A stretch of DNA of 64,000 nt from Hydrolagus colliei (taxonomy: Eukaryota), in assembly GCA_035084275.1 (NCBI GenBank), contig CM068750.1, forward strand, positions 9,920,001 through 9,984,000, in the 5' to 3' direction. The notes under the pieces were generated by a model. The model was not told the origin of the DNA. It saw nothing but the letters and a program-made list of their open reading frames with translations, and searched no databases. The position numbers were made by a program, and so were the translations under genes. Below, piece after piece: positions 1-14,149 of the stretch. Every line of letters begins with the position of its first letter. The first letter of the stretch is position 1.

Positions 1-3000
1 TTCTGTTTCATTGTAATATTTCTGGCAAACATGTAACAGGAATATTCTTCTTCTTGCTTTCGGGGGAAGGCTGCTCATTTTAAACATGTGTCCAATTGCT
101 TTGCTGAACACAAATCTACAAGCTGAAAGACATTGCCATTTGTTATGATTTCTGTGCGGTTTGCGTACCAGCATAATAAATACCCAACTACTTTGCTCAA
201 AGATTTAGTGAGGAATGCAAGAGTAATGATTAACAGCAGCTTTCTTCAGGATGGTTCTCCCCGGTCCCTTATAGCCTGCTCATTACAGATTCCTGCTGTG
301 GGCTCAAATGTATTTCCAGATTTTCACCATACTAAAGGTTAAGCAGGTGTCTGCTTATAGTGGCCGCCTGCCTATTATAATCACCTGATTGCAGCCTGGT
401 CAATTTGGTTAATTGCAATTTTGGACCAACTTTTCAACATGTCAATTGGACTTGACTACCATGATGTCTTGTTGCCATTCACCTGTTTCCCTGGTGCAAG
501 TTCTAATATTGTTTGTGCTGTTTAAAATAATACGGTTGCTCAGTGGAATTTCTTAACGCTTAAATCATTTTTCCTTCAAACATAGAGTAAGTGCCTTTCT
601 TTTGTTTATTTGAACTTAGATAAATAAACAGATAAGTTTGCTTACTTTAGAGCATTGAGCCCTTTCAGTTTTCACTGAGCTGACACTGTAAGTAGGTTGA
701 GCTAGAGGAATTAAAGGTGATGTTCATGTTAAGTATAATTCAGAACTTTTGATTTTATTTTGAATCAAATGTTTTCAGCTTAATGTTTTATGTTTTAATG
801 GTAACTTAAGTGTGTTGCAAGAGTGATTCTCATCAGTACAGAGGGAAAGCTGTACTGTATTGCAAATTTGATTCAGAACAAATGGCAAGATATTAATGTG
901 ATCATTTTTAAGTCAAATGCTTGCTTGTGTTTTTTAACTAAATTCCCCATGAAGCAATTATTAAACACTGCAATGATAAAAGTGGAGGGTAACTAGAAAT
1001 GTGTTATGTGGAGTGGAGAGACGTTTATCCAATTGGTATGATGTTAAATCTGAGTCCTAATGCATACTAAAAATGGGGCATTACAAATTGTCCAGTGAGG
1101 TAAGGGCAATTCTCAATTTCAAGGCATAATGAGGAGATTTAAGTGATGACTATTCACGTTGTGTGACAAATTCTCACTTGGGTTGTGTTTTATTTCATGC
1201 TTTGCTATAGTCGCAGAGAAAGGAGTTCGCAGCCAGAACCATTGCTGTTTTCCCCTCTTTTACCCATTTGAGCACTCTTCTCTAATTGCAGTAATTCTTT
1301 TTAATTTTTAACAGAAGTTTGGAAGTCATTGTAAACAACACTAAAGGTTAGTTATTCCACTCAACAGAACATAAAGGAAATCATGTGAAAGAAATTACTG
1401 AGCAATTTGATAATGACCATTGGTCAGCTGTTCTTCATTTTGTTTCACTTTACCACATTGCTTTATGAGTCTTGGGGTCTTGGTATTGATGAGAGAGCAT
1501 TGTTACAGTCGTAGTTGTGCTGAACCTTTTTTGGGGGTGTGGGGCGGGCAAGAGTTGCGCATGGAATCTTGGCAATGGTAACAAGGCAATAGTTTCTTTA
1601 AATAAAACTGTGTATTTTAAAAAAATGTGACCACTGTTTAAAAATTCAGTTGAAGGCCTAAAACTACTGTTGATCCTGCACATCAAAACCTGTGTCCCAC
1701 TAGTAAGCAAACGTGTTGGTTTGTTAAAGTGTCTACACACTGTCATCGCCTCAGCTTTATAAACCACAGATCTCAAACCCTTGATAAAGTCCCAAACATA
1801 ATAAACAACTGTTTTTTTTAACGTTTATCAGATGGGCAGTTAAAGCACTGTAAGATTTGATTAACTGATAGTCGCTCAGTGAAAAAGCAGAGACCGTGAG
1901 GCGGAATTATCTGTGGATTGTACTTTGGTGACTGGAATCCAGCAAATGCTGGCAATGCAGAACGTTTTAAGGCTATTTCATCTGTCTCACTTCACATCTG
2001 GACATACCCCACCTTATCCCTGCAGAGGAAGCGGGACCATGTGTATTCAACCAAGGTTGGATAAGGTCAGGAACCAAACACATTGAGTGGAATAATCAGA
2101 TTATTCCACACCCTTTAAGTTTGAGTGTTAAATATAAGAAAATGCTAAATTTGAAGATCCATGTGGAAATGCAGATTTGGGCAAGTCTTTTCTCTAAAGG
2201 CCATCGTGTTTCTTTTTAATGTTGTGTATCCAGGAACATGGACAGATAGGGGAGTTCAGCTAGAAACTCAGATGGATAACTCTTGTCTGCCACAATGAGA
2301 CAACTTATCTTTTATATTGATGACAACATTTCCATCACGGGCGTGGACTATCATGAAATACTGTATGCATAAATGGAGCAGATAAGGAGTATGATATATG
2401 ACAAACATGAGTAATGATGAAGCGCATACCAAAGATTGCTGCTGTCAATCATAATTATCACTCAAGGTTGCAAAGCAGAAGATGTACCAGCAGTGCTGTG
2501 TATTGCTTGAGACTGCTTCAAAGTATTACCACCAAAACTCCCTGTTTGTGCTGAGACCACCAATCTGATCTCAGTGACCGGTGGGGCAGCCCTTGAGTGG
2601 ATGGAATGCTTGCATTAAACCATTCAAAAAGTTCGGTAGTAATTTTACACTGCAAATTTATCATTTTTGCAGATGGTCGACAAAGTATGATTTGTGTATT
2701 TTGAAAGCTGCATAGTACGTTTTGTGCTTGTAAACTGGAAGCTGGTGCCTCTCAACCAATCTGACATGTGTGCAAGAGCTTAAACAATTAAATCATTTTT
2801 TGATTTTTTTTAAAGAAAAAGTAGTTACAATTTTTGAAGCAATTTTGGCTGTCTCCTGTTATCGTTCCAAAAAATCACTGTCTCTTGTCAAAAGGTTTTC
2901 CTGTTTACATATTCAGTATTTTGGCAGGAGGTAATGATTCTGAGATGTTACAGGCAATTCGTCCCAAATGTGCGTGAAGATCCACAGTATGCCGTGACTT

Positions 3001-3619
3001 TATGTGAGATGATTAAAATCTTACGATGGAGCTTTTGAACTTGTCCTATTTATTTAACTTTGCTAAAAGCAATGTAATGGTAGAGACAGATGGATACTCT
3101 GGTGAAAAACACCTGTGCATCTAAAGTCCACAGAGTTGAAAACCATCACTAAACCTAAAGAAAGCAAGATATGTAAAGTAACTCAGCCATGATCCTCCTT
3201 AGTCACAGGTGATGACAAACAGCAGCTGTTCAGAATTTGCAGAAAGCTACATCTAATGTATTTCATAATAAAACTGTAATGTTGGTTCAAGCTCAGTGTG
3301 AGACCACTTCAGAGAACTGTTAATTTTTGCTCTGTGAATTAGCTACTGCTGTTATGCGAAACTCCAGCATTTGGTTTCATTACAATAGGGCTGTGTGGTG
3401 TATTATGCACTGACTGTATCTGAATTTTGCTGATTAAGGAGAGCTGAATTTGCAGACACACCAATCGCAAGCACAGAATCTTCATTGTGCATTGAATTTG
3501 GGAAGAGATGGAAAGTTTTAAGATAGAAAATTACCCCAGGATACTTTTCCAGGAGCTTCTATCCATCCAGAAGAATACCACAATCCTGCAGGTCCCCCCT
3601 TTAATAACCCTCCTTTCTA

Positions 3620-4135
3620 GCAATCTATTCTCTTTTAGAAATCTCCATAGCCCCTGTCTGAACTAGATTTTATGGCAGAGAATTCCACATTTTCATCATT
3701 CTTTTCACCCACAAATATTCACTTTACTGTATATTCTGTGAAGCGCTTTGAGATGTCCAGAAGGCATAAAAAGCACTATATCAAATGTAAGGGTTATTAA
3801 TATTATCCTCTCAAACAAAGAAATATTCTTCTAACCCTCCTTTCAATTCCCCTTCAATTTTGTGATGGTTTTAAATATTGTGTCCTCCAGTACCTTTTAG
3901 TGGGGAAATCTATTACTATTTACTCTATCTTAAGTCTGTTTAATTTTGAAAAGCTTTAACCTCTTCAGCTCAACTGAAAGCAGATATCGTCATAAATAAA
4001 ACCCTTTAAAGATTGACAATATCCTGGTGAATCTACATTGCACTTCTTCTATTGCTTTTTTTCATCCTTCCTGTAATGGGTGCCCAAAACTGTACAAAAT
4101 CTCTAGGTTCAGTCAACCAAGGTTGTATACAAATT
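3620..4135 (-). mobile_element. Degenerate CR1-type LINE ORF2 C-terminal fragment, interrupted by a SINE tail
   Basis: The minus strand at 4020-4135 reads like the CR1 segment 'LYTTLV..LE..VQFWAP.YRKD..A.EEVQ.RFTRI', with frameshifts and stops. 'ggcagagaattccaca' at 3674 matches the antisense 'LWNSLP' motif. Confidence 0.65.
3702..3805 (+). mobile_element. 3' fragment of the dominant tRNA-derived SINE
   Basis: 'ttcacccacaaa...ctgtgaagcgctttgagatgtccagaaggcataaaaagcactatatcaaatgtaagggttatta' matches the 3' end of the full copy at 26228-26526. Confidence 0.85.
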
Positions 4136-4176
4136 ACCCCCATTGCTTTTTTATTATACCCACCAAAACATTTACT

Positions 4177-4617
4177 GAGATCTGAAAGAATCATTTTTTG
4201 AAGTTGAGGATGGGTTTTAATTTCACCCAGTAACTACTGCTCTGTTGGTCATTCGTGATATTTGCAATGACCCCTTGTACAGGTGAATTAACAACTCACA
4301 TGGCTGAGAGAGAAAGCAATGAGATCCATTGGCATGACATTTAACAATCAGGAGAACTACCAAGGGATCTGAACTCTTACTCGCTGAAGGTAAGAACAGA
4401 ACTAGTCAGGGTTAAATACTGTATACTGTTAAAGATCAACTGATTTGTTTTGAGAAGATCAGCTTCAATGCTCAGTTGGTAGATTGAATCACCAAATGGA
4501 CAAAAGCAGTGGAATCCTACACCAGATACTTTGCATAATTGTTGGCTGTGCGAAGAATGGGAAAGCAAGCTGATTCAGAGATCTGAAAGAATCTCTTTTT
4601 TTAAAACTTGAGGATGG
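4177..4617. repeat. ~38-bp direct repeat pair (4177-4213 and 4578-4617)
   Basis: 'gagatctgaaagaatc-(T-rich)-aa.ttgaggatgg' occurs twice about 400 bp apart. Confidence 0.8.
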
Positions 4618-4962
4618 AGTTACATAGGAGTGGGTGGAGCAGATTAAACCAAAGCATGCTGAGCTAGTAGAGCGAGTGTTTGCCCTGAACTACAAAGGGC
4701 TCAATTCTCAAATAATACTGTGTACACATTTCTTGAAAATCCTGCATTTCTGGTCATTATTTCAATTTTTACAGATTGACATGGTTGGGTAGAATGCTGT
4801 AGCACAATTGTAACCTGAAGCAAGACAATTTGGGGCCATGCTGGGTATGTGTGAATGCATGTTTTTTACTTGATTCAGCATTTTTCACTCCATGTGTGTG
4901 TGTGCAAATAGGTGTGCAATGTGTTTGGCTGATCAGTCTAATACTAAATGGTGGTCAAATGG

Positions 4963-5052
4963 TGGTAGAAGATCAGCCATGATCTTATTGAATGGCGGGG
5001 CAGGCTCTAGGGGCCAAATGGCCTACTACTGCTCCTAATTCTTATGTTCTTA
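4963..5052 (+). mobile_element. CR1-clade LINE 3' tail (shark HER1/HE1-like)
   Basis: 'gatcagccatgatcttattgaatggcggggcaggctctaggggccaaatggcctactactgctcctaattcttatgttctta' matches the characteristic chondrichthyan CR1 3' UTR as I recall it. Confidence 0.8.
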
Positions 5053-8000
5053 AATGAATATAAGTACATTTGCACAGTGGTACAATGACAAAGTGCAGTT
5101 TTGTTTCCTGGCAGCCTTGGGTAATTTTGGGGATGGGAAAGGAGCCTTTAGTGTTGCATATTCTCAGTGACCCTCAGGAAGCCAACTCCTTTCCTCAAAT
5201 TAATGGCCAATACCTACCATCTGCCATCATTTGGCTTTTGTGGATTATTTTGTCGAGGGTTGGTTTTGAAGCAGAATTTATAATTGAACATAAACCTCAC
5301 TAAATGGACTCCATGTGTTTTATTTCTTGATCAATTGCAGATCTACCAATAAGTACTAGTATTTCTGGGATACTTAAAGTGCTCCAGAAATATTCCAATA
5401 CTTTGGGGGTAGTGCGTATCCATTCTATCACTTTTGCTTGGTGATCTTATATGTAAAATATCACGAGTCACCACCTGAGGTTTGAACTATATGAATTGCT
5501 TGCATGTGCTCTATTAATGTAATTGATGCAGATTTTATAATGCCTGGTGAGGTGTTAGAATTCAGGCTCTCACATAATACAGTAGGGTAGTGTTGTCTTT
5601 CAATTAACCCTTTTGAAAGGAAATCTGTTACTATATTAAATTGAGTCTCTGCTACATCACCAATCTCACTTCAGAAGGTGGAAAATGATACCAGAATGTA
5701 TTGGTTAAACTAAATGCATATACTGTATTTACCAGCATAGATAGGATTTTAAAACCAATGCCTAGCCAGTGAGAACCTGGTGCAATATTCAGATAACTGA
5801 GCTCAATGAATTGCTCATAATCCTTTTCAGATTCTGTAAATGAAGTTTGTTGAATTCAGAAGTGCAGCATTGAAGTAGTATGTTTTTCAGCTGAAGCTCA
5901 GCTTAGATGGTTAGACTCAGCAGTTAGCGATTTCCTGCACCCGAGGGAGCTGGATAGTTCAGTGTCTCCTCTCGAATGCAGTGTCAAGATGAACTACCGG
6001 AAACCTTGTACAAAGACTGAAGAAATAAGTGCAGTCCCTTTTAGGTTGAAATGTTCTTTTGATCTTATGGTGCCTGGTTTTTGAAGATAAGTAGTCCTCG
6101 TGCAACCTTAACATAATTGATTCCTGCAACTGAAGTTAGCCTGTGAGTAAGTATCCATCCAATGGATACAGAACCCAAATCTTCTTAGTTTATCAGAATT
6201 TATTAAAATGTAGTGGTGTACTGTAACTTTTTATATATTCTGTATACTTGACCTGAAGATAATTCACACATCTTATTGATTAAAGGAAACCTGGATTTGA
6301 GAACTTGAGAATAAAAGCAACCAGTATTGTCATGGCAGTCTTTTTTTATGTTTTCTGAAGTGTCTGCAAGGTTGAGTGAGATTATTTTATATAACAGGTA
6401 CCATCCATTTTGTGAAGAATTAGTAAAACTCACACTAAACTTGTTGTGTTGCACCTAATAAATGAGAAATGAACAATAATTAATTGAACTAACTTCTTGA
6501 AATCTTCTTATCCTCCCATTGTTCACCTGCATACACACAGCTTATTAGCAGCAAGCATTTAAATATATGAAACTTAAGACAGTGGTAGAAAGTAAACCTG
6601 TTGGGCAACTTTGTGACAATCCCTTCTCAAACATGCACACCTTAAATGTTTTCTCCTCTGGCATCCTGCAGATTGTCATCTTCCAAGATAATGATAGCTA
6701 GCTTTCTGTTCATAAGCCTCAACTCACTCCAGTTCAGCAGAGCATGGTGACAATCACACCTGATATCACATAATGAAGGCTCTCACATCCTCTTCAATCC
6801 ACCAGGGGTTTAGTTATTTAAAAATATTTATACACCGGAGAACAAATGAACATATCAGTCATAAAGCTGCATCAATCATTAGTACTACCTCACCCAACAC
6901 CATGCCCTGTGGCTATTCAGAATATATAATTGGGGAAAAAAACCTGCGCTCAGAAGTGTAAAATGTTCATTACTTTAAAAAAAATACAGTACTTTACTCC
7001 TAAATGATTGTATATATTGTACAATACATTGAGTTAGGATAGACTTTCAGCAGGATAAGATTCCAACCTAAATATTTTGTGTTACAGGTTGCAATTTGGT
7101 GTAAATGTTCATACTGATACTTGAAGCTCCATCTTTTCTTCAATGAAAATTGTTCTTTATACCTCATATTTTGAATTCACAAAATCACGAGATTCATTTG
7201 GATGGAGACAGCCCTTCAGAATTAAAAGGGTGGTTTCCAAGCAAATCGTCCCTAAATTGTTAATTTATCTGTGAAAAAGCACAACTATTATCGTAGGCGC
7301 AGATTCACATTCTAATGCAGTCTCGTTTGAGACGATATGACTGAGAGCAATTCATCGGCTGTAGATATGAGCAGCAGCATTAATATATAACTCAAAAAAC
7401 AGGCAAGAACGATGATTCCTGGGGGAAACATGACCTACACCAGACTAGATAAATAATTCTCAAATGAAACTAATTGAAAGTGCAGACTGTAACATGAGTT
7501 GAAGCAGTCTATTGTTTTAACATTAAATTAAAAGTAAAATGTGAAATAATTGGATCCTGTGAAGAGCAACATGTTTAGCATTACCGCAGTCGGTAGGACA
7601 GCTGGAATTGGTCTCATGCATGTAAATGTTTAAGATTATATGGTATGAAGCAGTTTCCTCTCAAATGGTGTCATATTTCAGCATTCTGTCTGTTATTTTA
7701 AGATAACTGCAATTCAAATATTTAATGCTGGATGGAGGAAGGTTCCAACATAAAATGTTCTGATTCACTGTATTAAATTAGAGCCAAATTGTGGTTTATC
7801 AGATGCAAATCCATGTGAGTCGGATACAGGCCGACCCCATTATAACACACCTTGGTAGAGTGTAGGATCACATAGCATTGGTCGACTATGGACCAGATAT
7901 CATAAGTGCAGCACATTTCTGGTACTGACTCACTGGCTTCCTGTCAGTAACTAAATGCCAAAGAATGCCTTGCAGTGTGTTAATAACCACTGGGCATGCT

Positions 8001-8990
8001 CACAGGAGTGGGTGTTCCAGTCATCAAGGAAGTGATGACAGCGTCAATCTGATGACCCAGATGTGCTGATCGGCAGCCGCATTATATTCGAATTGGTCTC
8101 AATTGGTCTTTGCTTGGAAAAAATAGTGCTTGTCTTTATTATAGCGCTTATGTTAGTATCTCAAGTTTGAAAAGGTTTGTTTGTGTGTAGTGAATGTTGA
8201 GAAGATAAATTAAGATAATAATAAATTAAGATGCATTAGTTTGATATGTAAAATTAGTCTATTGAGTAATATTTTCCAAATTGATTTAGGATATGTACAA
8301 TTATTATTTTCCAAAAGTTGTGACTCATGAGGCAGAATTGATTTCTGGTACAGTGTGTAGACATGGATTACTGTGCGTTAGCAATACACTAATGATTGAA
8401 ATGAAGAACTACTCATTCAGTTATTCTGACCATGCCCATCATGTTTTCATGACTGCATTCTACATTGGGTAAATGGTCTTTGCAGAACTATTTCTAGACA
8501 GCCTCAGCACCCAGAAAGGAAGGAAAGCTCCTGCTCTTATGCAGTGACCCCTCTGTTGCAGATGAAGACTGGATTTGCCTCGGCTGCTAAACTCACTGTG
8601 GTTAAATAACTTGCAGCCACTGGCTGTTGAGACAGCCATGAACAAAGCCTCTTGGCAAAGACTGGTTCCTTGAAAGTGTGGCCCCAGTAGATTCAAAGAG
8701 GAGCAACACCTTCAGGAAGAGAAGGGAGAAGAAAAGAGTTTGCTGAAGGGGCTGGAAATTAATTTTAATCTCCTTTTTCCAGTGATTAACATATACATAT
8801 GCCCCTGTCAGGTCTATTAAAGACAATACATTGATTTTTTTTAATGCAGGTTAATGACGATCTAGTGATTTGTATAAATACCTCTAGGGAAACACCATGA
8901 TCACCTGCCCTATCTGAATTGCAGCCAATCTCTTTCTTGGGTAGACGCAGAAGGTTAAAATTCCACCCAGTCGCAGCCTGCAAGATCACT

Positions 8991-9194
8991 TTTTGTGGGT
9001 GAAATGCAGCAGCCAATTGCACTGAGCAGTGTCCCACAAACAGTTGTGGATTGAAGTGACAATTTTTTATTGTTGAGGGTTTATTATCAGGCGTGTAGTG
9101 GAAGGCAACTTGCCTGAGGTTTTGCCCTGCCGGGAATTGAATCCGAGTTTCTTGCTTGCGAGGCAAGTGCTCCAACCACTGAGCTGCAGGACTC
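8991..9194 (-). mobile_element. tRNA-derived SINE, 3'-truncated (subfamily A)
   Basis: The reverse complement starts 'gagtcctgcagctcagtggttggagcacttgcc...ggattcaattcccggcagggcaaaacc' (A box and B box) and aligns to the copy at 26228 up to 'ttcacccacaaa'. Confidence 0.9.
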
Positions 9195-9794
9195 AACTGC
9201 TACCATATGTTACTATTGTTATTGTTCATGAAACTACAATTAACACCAACTATATTAACATTTGGCACAATTGATAATAGAATCCCTGTAACTGTATCCT
9301 AGCCATTGAAATGCTATTCTGTGATGCACATTCATTGTGTCAAGGCATTCAATGTAAGCTGAAAGCAAGGGGCTGCATGAAAGTACTAAATGGAAGTTGA
9401 GCCACAACATCCATGTGACTGCATTACTCAGACTACAGTTGATCGGTACTGTGCTTTGGCATTGCATCCCATTTTGTTCCCAAATAGCTGGATGGCCATG
9501 AAAAACCACAGCTGTGGTCCTTGTATCAAGAGAGCCGGAAAAAAAAGATTAGAGGGCTTCCAGGAAACCACATAAAGAACACCTACAAGGAACACACCCA
9601 TGTTTCCCAGGGCAGGAAATGCTGGAGTTGCTTTTCAGGTCACTACTTCTCAGGGGAAGGGGAATGTTTGAACATTTTACACTTTTGATCCAGATTAAAG
9701 GGACTGTGTCACCATGCAACAACACTTCATTGGATATCTCTGCCCATCTGCAAATTCAGCGCATGGAATGAGCTTCATGCTGCAGATATAAATA

Positions 9795-9968
9795 AAATAA
9801 ATAATCTTTGCATTTGATCTAGCACCTTAACATGTCTTTGAGATGTCTCAAAGTGCTTCTCAAAATACAATGTAAAGCAAATTGACTGTATATTTTGTGG
9901 GCAAAACACAAAGGCAATTGAGCATAGCAGCGACCCACAAACAGTTGCGGATTGAAGTGACTACTATT
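9795..9968 (-). mobile_element. 3' half of tRNA-derived SINE
   Basis: 'tttgcatttgatctagcacc...tctcaaagtgcttc...ttgactgtatattttgtgggc...ccacaaacagttgcggattgaagtgacc' is the antisense of the SINE 3' half. Confidence 0.85.
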
Positions 9969-10023
9969 TTAAAATATATATTACTGTGGAGCAAGGTTAC
10001 TTCTCTGAAGTAGTATGAAATAA

Positions 10024-10081
10024 TGCTCTGAGACACCGTCGGGCGTGGATGGCGCTATATAAATCAAAGTTGTTGTTGTTG
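10024..10081 (+). mobile_element. L2 LINE extreme 3' tail (type I)
   Basis: 'tgctctgagacaccgtcgggcgtggatggcgctatataaatcaaag(ttg)n' is similar to the tail of the L2 at 21561-22135 and to 14709-14768. Confidence 0.85.
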
Positions 10082-13000
10082 AAATACAATTTATTTCATT
10101 TGCATTTGTGGTTGTATTGCTTTTAATCAGGCTGCATACAATAAACATTTTGCACAGAACACGTGACTCGGACATTTGCTTTTTAATTATTTTATGTAAA
10201 GTCATGCAAACGCATTATTCAAATATTGCCAAGCGTCCACTTGGGTTGTGAACTTTGACTGGAACTGGTAGGAATAAGCTTGTTGCAACTCACACCTGCC
10301 ATGTTTATGCAGTCTGGGTGTGAACCGCAGGACTCCTGAAACTATTTCTATCAGGTGTTGAACTTCTCCAGCACAATGGACTGCCTGAGCCATGGTTCAT
10401 GTTGTACTTTTAATGGCAAATGCCCAGATTTCACATTTAAATATGTAGCATTATTGTACCACGATGGCAATTGCAATGCTCAGCATTTATTGGATTTGAG
10501 AATCTCTGCAAATTTTGAAGAAGACATAAACGGAGAGAAAAAAAACTTTGGAGTTTTCAGAACAGACCCTTATTGTGATAAGCAGGTTGGGCAGCTTTGT
10601 GGTAACACTTTCATTACACTTCAAAGTTCCCAAGTTCAACAGAGTGCATGCAGTGAAGAAATGGTTAACTGGTCAATGGCGAGACTGATTGAACTTTTCA
10701 CAGAGGATGTCACACGCACCTGGCAGCAAACTTTTGTCGAAGGAGAATTTAAGTAGGACCTGTGAGGAGAATCTGCTGACTGTAAGGGGAAAAGGAAGAA
10801 TTGAACACCATCCTAGGAATGTGTGCTGGAAGGAGGCAGAGATTTCTTTTATTTGTACATGTTGGAATTTCTCTGAACAGTTCTCTGCCCGATTTTTTTT
10901 GGAAAGTTCAATTAAAAATCATGTTGCTGGATTTCATCTAACATTCCCCACTCTGTAACTTATGCATTTCATACTTTTTTTTGTTTTATGGCTTGTAGCA
11001 ACCAGTACATCAACATTTCTATATCGCCCAAGTAGTAAAGCAATAGTAAATTCACATATTGTTGCATGTGTATTGAGACCGAGAGAGCCAGTGCTATTTT
11101 TCCTAAAGCTAAGTTATGTACGTTTTATTATGCTGAGATGACATGATTAATGGCTACTGCACTTGGGCACAATATTTCATAAAGCTTCCCTGTGTTTTGG
11201 GTGCTACCAGTCACCAAATAAAATTAACCTAATAAATATATTGCTAAGAGTAAGAAGAATTCTGTCCATTGGAAATGCTTTCTCAGCAGTGGAGTAAATT
11301 TGCCTTGCCAATGTGGGGAGTGAAAGCTTGCTGGTGTGTCACATAATTCTTTTTTCCCTATCATTTTTTTCCCCTTTGTGTGAACCACAGTTTACCTTGT
11401 GCTAAATCTCAGTGTAACCTGAGGGAAAAGACAGGGCACCAATATTGCATATTTTCATAATCTTCAATACCATCTATCTGATTTAAGATTGCATACTTTA
11501 AATAAAAACAACCTGAAATGTATGTTAGAGCAGAAATCACATATATGAGTCTATGTGTCTCTCATAAACTGCCTCACTTCCCCCACCCCTCCACACACAC
11601 AAATATATCAGACATTTTCTTTTGAGGGGAAGGTTCCATAAATTATCTCCATTACTAATGTTACATATATAATTAATATATGTTCCTATATATTTCTTCA
11701 CAATTCTTTATTTTAAATCCAGCTCGCGAGAATGATTTGGACATGAAATGAAATTTATCACTCAGATAGCTGCCAGTTGAATTAAGTTCAGAGCGAATCA
11801 TTTCCTGGTGCTGCTTGCTTTCACTACCAACCACAAGTCTCTCTTTTCTGCAGCAGTATTGCCCCTTCCTCCTGCCCTACTGATAACATTTCTGTAGTTA
11901 TGCAGTATCCCAATTATAAGGAATTCTGTCAGAAGGAACGCATTCGAAAAGCTTCACTGTCCAATCATAAAGCTCACGGGCTGTGGTGAAGTGCAGTGTT
12001 CAGAAGTGATAAAAACCTAACTGTGTAATTCAGATGATGAGTGAGCTGCTATTTCCCAGAGGCCATAACTTGTTTATTGCATCTGGCAGCAAATTAAGGA
12101 TAGTAAAAAGAAATTAAACCCCAGGCAGCAAGCTACATTGTACTTCTGCCTGACTAGCTTCTGGAAATGTGAGTTGGATCTTTGATTTTAAATTAGGGAT
12201 TCTAGAGTTGATAACCATAGAAGAACTATGGCACAATAAAACAAGGTTCTCCTCCAGTTTGTAAAAGCACCTTGGGTCATTCAAATTTAAAGGTTATTTT
12301 TCTTAGTTTGCTCCTCAGTGATGTGTAAAGGTTGATTATATTTATTCATTGATTTAATGATGTGATTTAAATCTCATGCCAACATTTTCAGTTTTACACA
12401 AAAATAGCCAAGGCCGTTGTAATTCTTCCCTTGGTAATTTATAACAACTGTTATGGGATGTTCTGGTATGTTTGGTTTCATTAAAACTTAGAGGTGGTGA
12501 AATAATACAATTAAAACTAGGTTGCTCTCCAATCTTCTGAACTAGGGGAATGCAAACCGTGCGTAAAAGTCTGAGTGTTCTGATGCTATAATTTGTCCGC
12601 TTCCCTTTTTCATTAGAGGTGATTCAAGAAAGCAGCATAAGGTTGAAATGATAAAATCTATTTGGGGAATTTTGATGCGTCACCCTGTTAACCCTTGAGC
12701 ATAGCTTTTTTTAAAAATCACAATTTATTTGTGTTTGCTCAAAATAAATCAAATGCAAGGATTATTATTATTATTATATGTAGGTACTGAATACACTGAT
12801 TTACTTGAGTACAAGGTAGGCTGCCATTGTTTACATGGACATTAAAATATACTTGCTCCTTTTCAGTGCCTTATTGTAGCATGTTACATTAATTACTGCC
12901 AACTGTAGTGACTGTAAACAACATTCAAAGATCGATGCATTTGTTAATTGAAGAAGCAACGTGCAGCGAAGTCACTGAAGGATCATGTCTGGTCTGATTA

Positions 13001-14149
13001 GGATCCATGAGCGCGTTCTCTGAATCTGCCATTTCATTAAAAAAAACAAGAACATGTACATATCGGATTTGACACTATTATTAATTGTTGCTTCCTGTAT
13101 CAAAATGTCATAAGAATCAGGCATGGATTTAAAAATATACTACTACTGCTTTACTACTAATATTATATGGGTGCTTCATGGCATTTTACCTATAGTACAA
13201 TTAGTGCTCCGCTCTGAAGCACAAAGGAGTGAGTTTGGCTGTTGTTCAAGTTTGCAAGACTTCATTTGGGTCACTTGAAGGATGGCTTTTTTTTGTCTCC
13301 ACAAAGAAGGGATGGTTGGAACACAGGCCTGAATTTCTCAGCTTGCATTGTACCTTGTGAACACAAAGCGGCATTTGCAACGGTCGAAAACCAGATTGCT
13401 AACTGAAAGATGCTGATTTCTTAACTCGAGGAGGACATGTTATGCCACAAGATCCTCAAGGGTAGTCTGAGGTATTAAAAGAAAATCTAATTGCTGTTTA
13501 TTGTCTAACTCTTACAACCACCAAAAAAGGATGCATTTCTTTACTTTTTGTTTATTTTGAAAAAGATGTATGTATTGGGACTGACACCTTGGCTATTATA
13601 AGTTCATTGCAACTGTGCATTGTTGCCATTTTTCAACGGATAAATGCCTCTGGAAATGTCATTGCCTTTTTTCCCCCCTGTTTTGAGTTGACCTTTTGCA
13701 TTTGCTGGCCTATTGTAGTGATATACTATTATTACAGCACTGTGTAGTTTGCAACCTTTTTACAGTATGAGGCTTACAGAGGAATGTTGTAACATAAACC
13801 AAGACCAATACTGAATGACATTTCTTCACTTGTTGCGCCATTCCTTAAAGAACATATGTCAGTCAGCTATCCTAATATGGATGCAAATTTGTGGTTCTTG
13901 GCTGCACTCTTCTTGATAGTTATCATAATTTATCACAGCAGACACGTTGGTTTGAAAATACAATAGTTAAATGATTTGTTCATTGATGTTGAATAGAAGT
14001 GTGGCTTTCAAGCCTGAGGTTCACAATTATTGCAAAAGCGCTTTACATTTGGATTGGCAAGGACTTTACAAAAGAAAAGCTGAAATAATTGCTGCTTTTT
14101 TAAAAAACAAAGTTGCTTTTTGCCAAATGTTTGTTTTTTCATTATTGGA

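Noticed and set aside
1314-1347. Micro-exon candidate ('ttttaacag|aagtttgg...ctaaag|gttagt')
   Set aside because: Splice-like signals alone are common in AT-rich DNA, and the peptide is too short to support a call.
8786-9196. 136-aa ORF
   Set aside because: It reads through a SINE copy. The same peptide pattern recurs in ORF 38112..38294.
10355-10756. 133-aa ORF
   Set aside because: Non-ATG start, no recognisable domain and no convincing splice boundaries. The length is compatible with chance in 64 kb over six frames.
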